A stretch of 64,000 bases of DNA, taken from positions 64,137 through 128,136 of the forward strand of contig JANLHB010000016.1 of NCBI GenBank assembly GCA_024654625.1, written 5' to 3'. Position numbers and translations under genes: made by a program. The stretch comes from Patescibacteria group bacterium (GTDB lineage: Bacteria; Patescibacteriota; Minisyncoccia; GCA-002772825). Shown here piece after piece: positions 19,335 to 28,149 of the stretch (positions are counted from its first letter, which is position 1; each line of letters begins with the position of its first letter). The notes under the pieces are model-generated. The model was not told the origin of the DNA, searched no databases, and saw only the letters and a list, made by a program, of their open reading frames with translations.

Positions 19335-20486
19335 ATGAAAAGCAATACGGATCTGGACAGCAACCTTATATTAGATGGCCATAAGCTCTGGCTTCCTGAA
19401 CACAGGGATCGTTTGGAAGCATGGCAGATGGGTGAAAGAATAGTGCCTATCACTATCGATATGGCGCTGACAAGAAGTTGCAACTATAGGTGCGAGTATT
19501 GTTACGCCACGCTTCAGGATAATGATATAAAGAAGATGACGCTTGATGTCATCTATCGTTTCCTTGATGATGCATCAGAGATGGGCGTTAAAGCGATAAG
19601 CTTTGTCTCAGACGGAGAGAGTACTTGTTCACCTCATCTTTATGATGCCATCTTGCGTGGGCATAACAACGGACTTAGTATGGCTCTTGGCACCGCTGGC
19701 TATCTTCTTAAAGACGAGCGGTTGGAAGAGATACTTCCGGCTTTGACATATTTGAGATTCAATATGTCGGCGGGTGTGCCTAGCCGGTATTCCGAGATCC
19801 ACGGTGTGCCGAAAGACTACTTCAATAAAGTGGTAAACACTGTTATAAAAGCGGTGGATATAAAGAGAAAGAAAAGTCTTGGTGTCACAATCGGACTTCA
19901 GATGGTCCTCCTCTCTAAGTATAAGGATCAGATCATACCTTTATCTCACTTGGGAAAAGTGCTCGGTGTAGACTATCTTGTACTGAAGCACTGCTCGGAT
20001 GACCAGAAGGGTTCACTAGGCGTAGATTTCTCGTCATATCATGAGCCTGATATTATGGCTCTACTTGATTCGGCAGAAGCGCTCTCTAGTGATTCCTATA
20101 CCGTTAAAGCGAAAAGGTCAAAGATCTTTAGTGACGGTAAAAGATGTTACTCTCGTTGCTATGGTCCGCCGTTTTTCTTACAGTTCTCTGGGAGTGGACT
20201 GGTTGCGCCGTGCGGGATGCTTTTCGGCAAAGAGTATAAGAAGTATCACATCGGCAATATCGCCGAGAAGTCGTTTAAGGAGATCTGGCAGAGCGATAGA
20301 TACTGGGAAGTGCTGAATATTCTCTCTTCAGGCAGGTTTGATGCACAGACTATGTGCGGGTGCCTGTGTATCCAGCATAAGATAAACGAGTTTCTTTGGT
20401 CTTTGAAAGAGGGAAATTCGGGTAGGATCATTGAGGAGTGTGACAAAATAGATAGTTTCGGGCTTATCCACCGTAACTTTCTTTAG
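19335..20486 (+). CDS. radical SAM/SPASM-domain protein
   Basis: CNYRCEYCY radical-SAM motif and C-terminal clusters CYSRCYGPPF...APCG...CGCLCIQH. It is a paralogue of 20573-21754. Confidence 0.7.
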   Translation: MKSNTDLDSNLILDGHKLWLPEHRDRLEAWQMGERIVPITIDMALTRSCNYRCEYCYATLQDNDIKKMTLDVIYRFLDDASEMGVKAISFVSDGESTCSPHLYDAILRGHNNGLSMALGTAGYLLKDERLEEILPALTYLRFNMSAGVPSRYSEIHGVPKDYFNKVVNTVIKAVDIKRKKSLGVTIGLQMVLLSKYKDQIIPLSHLGKVLGVDYLVLKHCSDDQKGSLGVDFSSYHEPDIMALLDSAEALSSDSYTVKAKRSKIFSDGKRCYSRCYGPPFFLQFSGSGLVAPCGMLFGKEYKKYHIGNIAEKSFKEIWQSDRYWEVLNILSSGRFDAQTMCGCLCIQHKINEFLWSLKEGNSGRIIEECDKIDSFGLIHRNFL

Positions 20487-20501
20487 TTCTTTCGGGTTTA
20501 T

Positions 20502-20540
20502 GACCCACGTTTCGCGTTAAGCGGAGCGTGGGTCTTTTTA
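20502..20540 (+). terminator. rho-independent terminator
   Basis: Stem GACCCACG / CGTGGGTC followed by T5. Confidence 0.7.
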
Positions 20541-20632
20541 TTGCAAAAATGTGAAATAATGATATGGTTTAAATGGAAAATATAAGATCTTTAACTTTAA
20601 ACTTTCTAAAATATAAGGGGGTTGCGATGAGT
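20541..20632 (+). promoter_or_regulatory. promoter TTGCAA-N16-TATGGT plus conserved leader (copy 3)
   Basis: TTGCAA at 20541-20546 and TATGGT at 20563-20568. It contains the same GTTTAAATGGAAAA and TCTTTAACTTTAAAC blocks as the other two copies. Confidence 0.6.
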
Positions 20633-21754
20633 GATAAATATCTTATAGACGGACAGAAGCTTAAGTATCACGAAGAGAGGGTAAAAAGATGGCTTAGTGC
20701 GACGACGTGGAAAAATGCGAAAAAGATTTATCCTATCTATCTTGAGATCTCGCCTTTTGGCGCTTGTAATCACCGTTGCGTTTTTTGCGGGGTTAAGACT
20801 TTAGGGTATAAGAATAATTTTATCAGGCGAGAAGTGCTTCTTGAGAGAATCAAGGAGATGGGGCGCCTGGGGATAAGAAGCATAATGTATGCTGGAGAAG
20901 GCGAGCCTCTTCTTCACTCTAATATCGCAGAGATTGTATCTGCGACTAAAGAGGCGGGGATTGATGCGGCTTTCACCACGAATGGCGTTTTTTTGGAGAA
21001 GATATTTCCTATCCTTGGCGACATCTCTTGGGTCAAAGTCAGTATAAATGCCGGCACCGCAGGCACTTATAAAGAGATCCATAAAGCCAAAGAAGGTAAT
21101 TTTGAGAAAGTCTTAGGAAATATCAGAAAAGCGTTTTGGCTTAAAAAGAATAAGAACTACTCCTGTGTTATCGGCGCGCAAATAGTTGTCCTTCCGGAGA
21201 ATGAGAACGAGATACTCATTCTCGCGGGCGAGTTGTCAAAAAAGGGTGCCGATTATCTTGTAGTCAAACCGTACTCTTCTCACCCACTTGATAACAATGA
21301 CGCTATTGATATCAAGAATCTCGGTTATTATGATCCTGGGTTTCTTGTGTCTTTAGAGTGGGTAGAACACCGCGCTTCCTCAAAAAATTTTAAGGTTATC
21401 GTCCGTTATAATGCCTTTAGAAGTGTTGCGGATAAAGAAAAATCTTATGATAGGTGTCTTTCAGTTCCTTTTTTCTGGGGATACATTACCGCAAAGGGCG
21501 ACGTGTATTCTTGCTCTGTCTTCTTTGGAGATGAAAGATTTAAGCTCGGTAATATAAACGAGCAGACTTTTCAGGAGATATGGGAAGGGGAAAAGAGACG
21601 ACAAAACTGGGAGATGATGAAAGATTTTGATGCCTCAGTGTGCCGTAAGGGGTGCCGAATGGATGCCTGCAATAGATTTCTGTCTTCAGTGAAAGAGCAA
21701 GGATTTCCTGTTCTTGTTGACAGAAAGGATATCAAACACATCAACTTTATATAA
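20573..21754 (+). CDS. radical SAM/SPASM-domain protein
   Basis: CNHRCVFCG motif and a glycine-rich AGEGEPLL motif. C-terminal clusters are CSVFF...CRKGCRMDAC. The start could instead be the ATG at ~20633 (MSDKY...) given the leader alignment. Confidence 0.65.
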   Translation: MENIRSLTLNFLKYKGVAMSDKYLIDGQKLKYHEERVKRWLSATTWKNAKKIYPIYLEISPFGACNHRCVFCGVKTLGYKNNFIRREVLLERIKEMGRLGIRSIMYAGEGEPLLHSNIAEIVSATKEAGIDAAFTTNGVFLEKIFPILGDISWVKVSINAGTAGTYKEIHKAKEGNFEKVLGNIRKAFWLKKNKNYSCVIGAQIVVLPENENEILILAGELSKKGADYLVVKPYSSHPLDNNDAIDIKNLGYYDPGFLVSLEWVEHRASSKNFKVIVRYNAFRSVADKEKSYDRCLSVPFFWGYITAKGDVYSCSVFFGDERFKLGNINEQTFQEIWEGEKRRQNWEMMKDFDASVCRKGCRMDACNRFLSSVKEQGFPVLVDRKDIKHINFI

Positions 21755-21772
21755 AGAAAGAGAGACTTCAAC

Positions 21773-21805
21773 CAAACCCGTCTTGCGTCAGGCGGGTTTT
21801 TCTTT
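21773..21805 (+). terminator. rho-independent terminator
   Basis: Stem ACCCGTC / GGCGGGT (one G-U pair) followed by T5. Confidence 0.6.
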
Positions 21806-21817
21806 TGTCTATAATCT

Positions 21818-21843
21818 GTTCAATCCGCCATGGCGGATTGAAC
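21818..21843. repeat. 26-bp perfect palindrome GTTCAATCCGCCATGGCGGATTGAAC
   Basis: Read directly from the sequence. It lies just after the cassette terminator and before the downstream GT2 paralogue. Confidence 0.8.
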
Positions 21844-21896
21844 ATGGATTTAAGATATAGTTACTGGAAAAAAAGCGAGAAATCAGCTATATTTTA

Positions 21897-22619
21897 ATGA
21901 TGACAAAGCTTTCTATAATTGTTCCCGCCTATAATGAGGAGAGGGGATTAGCCTTGGCTGTGAACAGCCTTTTTTCTCTATTGTCGGAGAATAATATGGC
22001 AAGCGATGCCGAGATTTTAATATTCAATGATTGTTCTTTAGATAAGACCGGAGAGATTGCTAATGATCTTGCTAAGAATATAAATATAGTAAAGGTCTTT
22101 CATAATAAAAAAAATATGGGTCTTGGCTTCAACTTCAGAGAAGGGGCAAGACAATCCAAGGGAGAATATGTAACATGGTTTCCGGGCGATAACGAGAACT
22201 TACCGCAGTCTTTCGTAGACACTGTTAGTCGAATAGGCGAGGCGGATATCATCATTCCCTATACTGACAATATGGAAGTGAGGCCATTTTTACGCCGTCT
22301 TGTCTCCAGACTCTATACGGATTTAAATAATTTTCTCTTTAGACTGCATTTAAAATACTACAATGGTCTTTCTGTATATCGTCGCGATCTCCTGTTGTCT
22401 GTCTTGCCGAAGATTGGTGATAGTTTCGCTTTCTCCGCTCAGATACTCATTATGCTCTTGAAATCGGGCGCCAGTTTCGTAGAGGTGCCTATTAAAATAC
22501 AATCAAAGCCGGGCGGTAAGAGTTCTGCCTTTAGAATGAAAAATATAATAGGAGTTATAAAAGCCATTCTTTCTCTGTTCTGGAGAATTAATATAAAGAG
22601 AGAAAGAGTAAAAATATAA
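21897..22619 (+). CDS. GT2 glycosyltransferase, DPM1/GtrB-like (paralogue of 16337-17062)
   Basis: LSIIVPAYNEE, an FNDCSLD motif, and a C-terminal tail SAFRMKNIIGVIKAILSLFWRINIKRERVKI nearly identical to the tail of 16337-17062. Confidence 0.75.
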   Translation: MMTKLSIIVPAYNEERGLALAVNSLFSLLSENNMASDAEILIFNDCSLDKTGEIANDLAKNINIVKVFHNKKNMGLGFNFREGARQSKGEYVTWFPGDNENLPQSFVDTVSRIGEADIIIPYTDNMEVRPFLRRLVSRLYTDLNNFLFRLHLKYYNGLSVYRRDLLLSVLPKIGDSFAFSAQILIMLLKSGASFVEVPIKIQSKPGGKSSAFRMKNIIGVIKAILSLFWRINIKRERVKI

Positions 22620-22628
22620 TATAAAAAA

Positions 22629-23699
22629 ATGAAAGTTTGTTTTATAGGACAAGATTTGAATATTAAATCAGGATGGGGGAGGCTCACTGGTGAAATAACA
22701 GAAGGGATAAAAAAAAGAGGAATTCAAATTGATAGCATCAATACCGGAAAGGCATTGAGGAGCTGGAGATTTTTTTCTATTTTTCTAGATGCTTTTTATG
22801 TTAGAAATAAAATAAAAGATTGCGACATTATACACTGCTTTGATGGGTATCCTTATGGTATTATCGGCGCTTTGGCAAATATCGGTTTGAAGAAAAAATT
22901 GATTATAAATGGCGTAGGGACATATTCTGTGCTACCTCTCTATCAGCGTAAATACAAAAAACTCTTAATTTGGGCTTATAAAAAAGCGAGCAAAATATTG
23001 TGTATTAGTCATTTTACCGCGAGTGAGATTAAAAAAGCAGTTGAACTTGATAATATAGAGGTCGTAACTTTGGGAGTTGATTTGAAAAAGTTCGGCAATT
23101 GTCCTAGTAAGGGTAAAAAAACAGATGATCAAAAAGTCATTTTGAGCGTAGGAGGTTTAATGTTTAGGAAAGGTTATCATGTTTCTATACCAGCTGTGGC
23201 TAAGGTTAAAGAGTCTTATCCTGATATTCTCTATTACATAATAGGCGATCAGTCTAATGAAGAATATTTTAATAGATTGAAAAAGATGGTGAGAGATTAT
23301 GGACTGAACGGTAATGTAAAATTTTTCAGTAATATTTCTGACGAGGAATTATCCAGGATGTATTGTGGTGCTGACCTTTTTCTTTTGACATCAGTCAATG
23401 ATGGGCACAAGTTTGAGGGTTTTGGTTTGGTATATTTGGAAGCAAATGCGGAAGGATTGCCTGTTATAGGCACTTTAGGTTGCGGAGCGGAAGATGCGAT
23501 AAAGGACGGATACAGCGGTTTTCTTGTGCCGCAAAATAATGCGGAAGAAACGGCTAAAGCGATATTGAAAATTCTTGATGATGAAAGTATGACAGAAGAG
23601 ATGAAAAGCAACGCACTGCTCTGGGCAAAAGCGAATTCTTGGGATACTGTTATAGATAAATATATAAGCATTTATGAAAAAGTTATCGGAAAGAATTAA
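22629..23699 (+). CDS. glycosyltransferase family 4
   Basis: EGFGLVYLEANAEGLPVIGT motif. Confidence 0.75.
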   Translation: MKVCFIGQDLNIKSGWGRLTGEITEGIKKRGIQIDSINTGKALRSWRFFSIFLDAFYVRNKIKDCDIIHCFDGYPYGIIGALANIGLKKKLIINGVGTYSVLPLYQRKYKKLLIWAYKKASKILCISHFTASEIKKAVELDNIEVVTLGVDLKKFGNCPSKGKKTDDQKVILSVGGLMFRKGYHVSIPAVAKVKESYPDILYYIIGDQSNEEYFNRLKKMVRDYGLNGNVKFFSNISDEELSRMYCGADLFLLTSVNDGHKFEGFGLVYLEANAEGLPVIGTLGCGAEDAIKDGYSGFLVPQNNAEETAKAILKILDDESMTEEMKSNALLWAKANSWDTVIDKYISIYEKVIGKN

Positions 23700-24981
23700 A
23701 ATATTACCGAAAGTTTCTTTCGTAAGAGATACGGCGGTGATGCAGATTGGGAACGGTTTTTCTACGTTTATCAACGTATTAGCCTCGGTCGCCTTTGCCA
23801 GAATCCTCCTTCCCGAGAAATACGGCATCTACAGTTTGGTGTTTGCTCTTGCTGGTTTGTTTGCCTTATTCATGAATCTTGGGGCTGACAGAGCGACACT
23901 TATCCTTTTTGCCGAGGCTTATCAAAAGAAGGATAAGAAAGAAGTATTAAATATCTTTGTTTACTTCTTGAAAATTTCTCTCATTGTATCGTTGGGTGTA
24001 TGGGGTCTGGCTATAATAATAGCTCCTATCGTTTCTATATATATGTATGGCGCGCCTTATGTAGGGGAATTGGTAAGGATAATAATACTTGCAAATATTC
24101 TTGGAATTTTTTATGAAATGGTATCAATCATCCTTCAGGTGATGAGGAAGATTAAAGGATATGTGTTTTTTGATAATGTAAAAAATCTTTTAAGGATTTT
24201 GTTTGGTTTCGCTTTTATATTTAGCCTGGGGGTCTTTGGCTTGATGGTCGGCTATCTGTTGGCTTCCGCTATCGCCATGGTATTGGCTATTTTTATTTAC
24301 TCGCATCTTCGGAAGAAATATGACCTATTGCCTTCTTTTAGAGAAATAGCGGCTAATTGGAAAAAAGTTTATATCAAAAATTATTTCAGGTTCGGTTTTT
24401 TGATCGCCATAAACCAAAACGTAAGCAGGTTGTATGGTATCTTGCCGGTTCTTTTGTTGAGTCTTTTCTATCCGACTGAGACGGTAGGATATTTCAATAT
24501 CGCTATGAAATATGTTTCTCTCCCGCTAGTGTTTCTTTCTCCCGTATCTCAGCTTCTGGCGGTGCGATTGCCTCAACTTAAAGCTGAAAAAAACCCGCTT
24601 TTTGCCAGAAACTTTTTTAAGGCTTCAATAATGTCAGGGGCGATAGCCCTCTTATTGATTATCCCCGCCATAATACTCGCGCCTTTTCTAGTCGAGCTGT
24701 TCTACGGTAAAGAATATATTGAATCTATAAAAGTGATATATTGGCTTTCTCCATTCACTATTCTTTCGGGGCTTGCCGTGGGGATAGGCCCGCTCTTTAG
24801 AACGCTGAACAAAATGAAAGAGGTTATAATGATCAATTCTCTGGTGATTATCTTAGGGTTATTGCCTGGATTTTATCTTATAAAAAATTACGGACTTTTT
24901 GGCATGGCGGCTATTACTGTGGTTTGGTTTGCCGCTTCTGATTTATTGGCTTTTATCTATATTAGGAAATTTATAAAATAA
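23674..24981 (+). CDS. Wzx-like polysaccharide flippase (MOP/MATE-like superfamily)
   Basis: About 12 predicted TM helices, a size typical of O-unit flippases, and a position inside a glycan cluster. Confidence 0.5.
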   Translation: MKKLSERIKILPKVSFVRDTAVMQIGNGFSTFINVLASVAFARILLPEKYGIYSLVFALAGLFALFMNLGADRATLILFAEAYQKKDKKEVLNIFVYFLKISLIVSLGVWGLAIIIAPIVSIYMYGAPYVGELVRIIILANILGIFYEMVSIILQVMRKIKGYVFFDNVKNLLRILFGFAFIFSLGVFGLMVGYLLASAIAMVLAIFIYSHLRKKYDLLPSFREIAANWKKVYIKNYFRFGFLIAINQNVSRLYGILPVLLLSLFYPTETVGYFNIAMKYVSLPLVFLSPVSQLLAVRLPQLKAEKNPLFARNFFKASIMSGAIALLLIIPAIILAPFLVELFYGKEYIESIKVIYWLSPFTILSGLAVGIGPLFRTLNKMKEVIMINSLVIILGLLPGFYLIKNYGLFGMAAITVVWFAASDLLAFIYIRKFIK

Positions 24982-24986
24982 TTAGT

Positions 24987-25634
24987 ATGGCAGTCATTTT
25001 TCAACCGGATCGCATCTTGTTAAAGGAACAGATAAAAAAATATAGAGATCATATAAAAGGAATAGTCCTTGATGCCGGAGCAGGCGGTTTTGATAGATAT
25101 TCGGAGCTTTTTTCATTTGAAAAATATCTTAAATTAGATATTGATGAGGCTAATAATCCGGATGTTATCGGTTCAGTCGAGGACATCCCGCTTCCAGATA
25201 ATTCGGTTGATTCAATTGTTTCGATGCAGGTCTTAGGCGATGTAGAAAATTTAGATAAAGCAATATTAGAATTTCACAGAGTACTAAAGCCTAGAGGCGC
25301 GATACTTGTTACTGAATCTTTAATATCTGCGATTCATGATGAGCCGGTAGATTTCTGGCGTTTTACTGATTTTTTGCTTAAAAATCTTTTTGAAAAGAAT
25401 GGCTTTGAGATTGTTTTGATTGAGGCAAGGGGAGGATTTTTCGCAAGTGTTACTCAGAGTATCATTCGTTACTTAATAGACAGATTGGATTTGTATAATA
25501 ATTTTCTAGGCAAGATATTAAGGTTCCCCATAAGTATCTTTGGAAGGATAATGCTTTGGATAGACAGGAGAGATAGGAGCAAGGCTTCTTTGCGTCAGAC
25601 AATGGGCTGGTGCTTGGTAGCTGTTAAAAAATAA
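24987..25634 (+). CDS. class I SAM-dependent methyltransferase
   Basis: VLDAGAGG motif I and a later VLKPRGAILV block. Confidence 0.55.
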   Translation: MAVIFQPDRILLKEQIKKYRDHIKGIVLDAGAGGFDRYSELFSFEKYLKLDIDEANNPDVIGSVEDIPLPDNSVDSIVSMQVLGDVENLDKAILEFHRVLKPRGAILVTESLISAIHDEPVDFWRFTDFLLKNLFEKNGFEIVLIEARGGFFASVTQSIIRYLIDRLDLYNNFLGKILRFPISIFGRIMLWIDRRDRSKASLRQTMGWCLVAVKK

Positions 25635-25635
25635 T

Positions 25636-26397
25636 ATGAAAGAAGTTATTGTAACAACCAGCTGGGATGACGGGGCGGTGGAAGATATTAAACTTCTTAA
25701 TCTCTTAAATGAATACGGACTAAAGGGAACTTTTTACATACCGGAGAGCATTGATTATGAGATAGAGGATGGGAAGAAAGTAGTTAGAATGCCTGATGAT
25801 GATGTGAAGCGCATTGCGGAGAGCCAGGAAGTAGGCGCTCATTCATTGAGTCATATATATTTTGATAAATTAAACAGGGAAGATGTAAAGGCGGAAATCA
25901 GCGGTTCAAAAGGGTATCTTGAGGATTTGCTTGGTAAAGAAGTAAAGATGTTTTGTTATCCCGGAGGAGTATTTACGGAGAATGATGCTTATGAAGTTAA
26001 GAGTGCCGGTTTTTTGGGGGCAAGGACAGTGGATCTTTTTAAGTTTGAGGTGAATGATTTTTTCCAGATGCCGACTTCTATAAATTGCTATCCTTTTCCT
26101 TTCAGATATGACAGTTTGCGCGCATTTTTCCAGCCAGTCTTAAAATATAAAGAGGAGATATTCAAATTAAAACTCTCTATAAAATCTTTCTTAAGTTGGC
26201 AGAACCTTGCCATGGCGATGTTTGACCACGCTGTTTCAAATGGAGGAATGTTTCACTTATGGGGCCACTCCTGGGAGATAGAGAAAAATAATATGTGGCA
26301 AGACTTGGAAGAAGTGTTTAAATACATTTCAAATAAAGAAGGCGTAAAATATATGACTAATTCTGAAACCCTTGAGTTTTTAAAGCAGGGAAAATAA
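25636..26397 (+). CDS. polysaccharide deacetylase-like (CE4)
   Basis: TTSWDDG (a variant of the TFDDG motif), an HSLSHIYF histidine motif, and a later HLWGH motif. Confidence 0.55.
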   Translation: MKEVIVTTSWDDGAVEDIKLLNLLNEYGLKGTFYIPESIDYEIEDGKKVVRMPDDDVKRIAESQEVGAHSLSHIYFDKLNREDVKAEISGSKGYLEDLLGKEVKMFCYPGGVFTENDAYEVKSAGFLGARTVDLFKFEVNDFFQMPTSINCYPFPFRYDSLRAFFQPVLKYKEEIFKLKLSIKSFLSWQNLAMAMFDHAVSNGGMFHLWGHSWEIEKNNMWQDLEEVFKYISNKEGVKYMTNSETLEFLKQGK

Positions 26398-26491
26398 TTT
26401 TAATGAAAAACATATTTGAAATAATGAAGCTGGTCGATGTAATTAATTTAAAAAATAAATTTACGGCTTTTAAAAAATTATAAATATTATT

Positions 26492-26507
26492 AATCTAATT
26501 AGATTAG
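26492..26507. promoter_or_regulatory. 16-bp perfect palindrome TAATCTAATTAGATTA immediately upstream of 26517-28070 (candidate operator)
   Basis: Read directly from the sequence. It sits in an AT-rich 119-bp intergenic gap. Confidence 0.45.
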
Positions 26508-26516
26508 AATTATATT

Positions 26517-28070
26517 ATGAAAAAAATATTAAGTATTTTAGGTAAAAAGACGGTTTATCTGCTGGTATTAATAGCGGTAACTATTTTTGGTTTTGGTATG
26601 TTTAATTTTGTCACTATGGCAATAATAGATCCAATTCCAGAAAGTTTACACTTAAAAGTTCTACCATCTGATGTTATTGGTTATAGAGTAGGAAAAGACC
26701 TAAGAAGAGAAGGTGATGTTATGACCGATTATGGTGATATTATTTCGTATGCCTATAGAGGAGAAATACAACCTATGTTAGATGGCGAAATGTTTAGAAC
26801 AAATTTTGGTGAATTTTATAAAAAGGGAGTAAATAATAACGGGGAAGAATGGCAAGCTAAAATTTACACAGGATATACTTATGACAAAAAAGGGAATAAT
26901 TGGTATATAGTCGAGCATGCTACGACTACTGTCGGTGCGTTTAATCAGCAGATAGGTCAAAGAGAAAGAAAATCTATTCTTGCTTATCAGTTTACTAATA
27001 TGGTTTATGCTGATAGTTTGAATAATGAATTTTCTGGTGCAGGCGACGGTACTGTTCGCGTTAATGATACATCTTGGATCAATGCTCATGATGCCACATC
27101 AGGAGATTCTGCAGACTCTACTGCTTCTCAGCATTACATTGTTTCTCAATGGACTGGAAGTGCTGCAAATATTTACAGGGGGTTTTTCCCAATACCCGGT
27201 ACAGATCAATTACCTGATACTGCAGTTGTAACTGCTGCTGACTTTAATCTTTATGTAGATTCTAAATCTGACCCCGATGACGATGCCTATGATTATATTA
27301 GTATTGTAGGACCAACTTCTCAGAATGCAACAACAACCTTAGTAGTTGATGATTATGATAATTGTGGTTCTACACATAGCCCTACAGAATGGACAACGGA
27401 TATTGCTTTAAATAATATTTCCACGGGAGCTTATAATTCTTGGAATTTTAATGCTTCAGGTATAAGCAATATTTCAGTTGCTACAACAACAAAACTAGGA
27501 ATGCGTGAAGGACATGATATAAATGATAGTTCGCCAGATGCTGGGGAGGAATTCAATATTTATTTTAGATTATTAGAATATGCTGGCACATCTTATGATC
27601 CATATCTTGATGTAACTTATACAGTGTCTCCTGCTACTGGAATGAAAGCTAGAAAGGATTCTGACCAAAGCGTTATAAATACAGTAAATCTTCAAAATGA
27701 TAATGAGCTTAAAGTTGGTTTGATTAGTGCTAACACTTCATACATAATAGATGGAGTTATCTTTGCCAGTGCGGACAGCGTGGCTCCTGATATTAAAATT
27801 GGTTTTGCGCTCAGTTCGCCTTTGGGGACAATTATAGATTTGGCTTATGTTGCTGATGATTCTGGGGATGCAGGAGTATTCGAAAGTTCTGGTGGAGAAA
27901 GTCCGGAGATCACTTTAAAAGCGGGCGGTAAAGAAATAATACAAATAATTGGTACAGTAAAAACAGGTAGTTCTGGCTCAACTTTACAATTGCAGTGGGC
28001 GCAAAATAATTCAAGTTCGGCCTCTACAACTGTGCAGGCCGGTAGTTATCTTAGGGCAGAAGCAATATAA
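26517..28070 (+). CDS. secreted or membrane-anchored Ser/Thr/Asp/Gly-rich protein of unknown function
   Basis: An N-terminal hydrophobic anchor (LLVLIAVTIFGFGMF) is followed by a long low-complexity S/T/D-rich polypeptide with no enzymatic motifs. Confidence 0.5.
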   Translation: MKKILSILGKKTVYLLVLIAVTIFGFGMFNFVTMAIIDPIPESLHLKVLPSDVIGYRVGKDLRREGDVMTDYGDIISYAYRGEIQPMLDGEMFRTNFGEFYKKGVNNNGEEWQAKIYTGYTYDKKGNNWYIVEHATTTVGAFNQQIGQRERKSILAYQFTNMVYADSLNNEFSGAGDGTVRVNDTSWINAHDATSGDSADSTASQHYIVSQWTGSAANIYRGFFPIPGTDQLPDTAVVTAADFNLYVDSKSDPDDDAYDYISIVGPTSQNATTTLVVDDYDNCGSTHSPTEWTTDIALNNISTGAYNSWNFNASGISNISVATTTKLGMREGHDINDSSPDAGEEFNIYFRLLEYAGTSYDPYLDVTYTVSPATGMKARKDSDQSVINTVNLQNDNELKVGLISANTSYIIDGVIFASADSVAPDIKIGFALSSPLGTIIDLAYVADDSGDAGVFESSGGESPEITLKAGGKEIIQIIGTVKTGSSGSTLQLQWAQNNSSSASTTVQAGSYLRAEAI

Positions 28071-28086
28071 TGAAATAAAGTAAATT

Positions 28087-28119
28087 TCACTCCCATTTTT
28101 TAGATAAAAGTGGGAGTGA
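28087..28119 (+). terminator. putative terminator hairpin
   Basis: Stem TCACTCCCA / TGGGAGTGA with a U-rich loop and flank. Confidence 0.4.
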
Positions 28120-28149
28120 GGTCTAGTTAATTTTAAGGTAATTAAAAAT

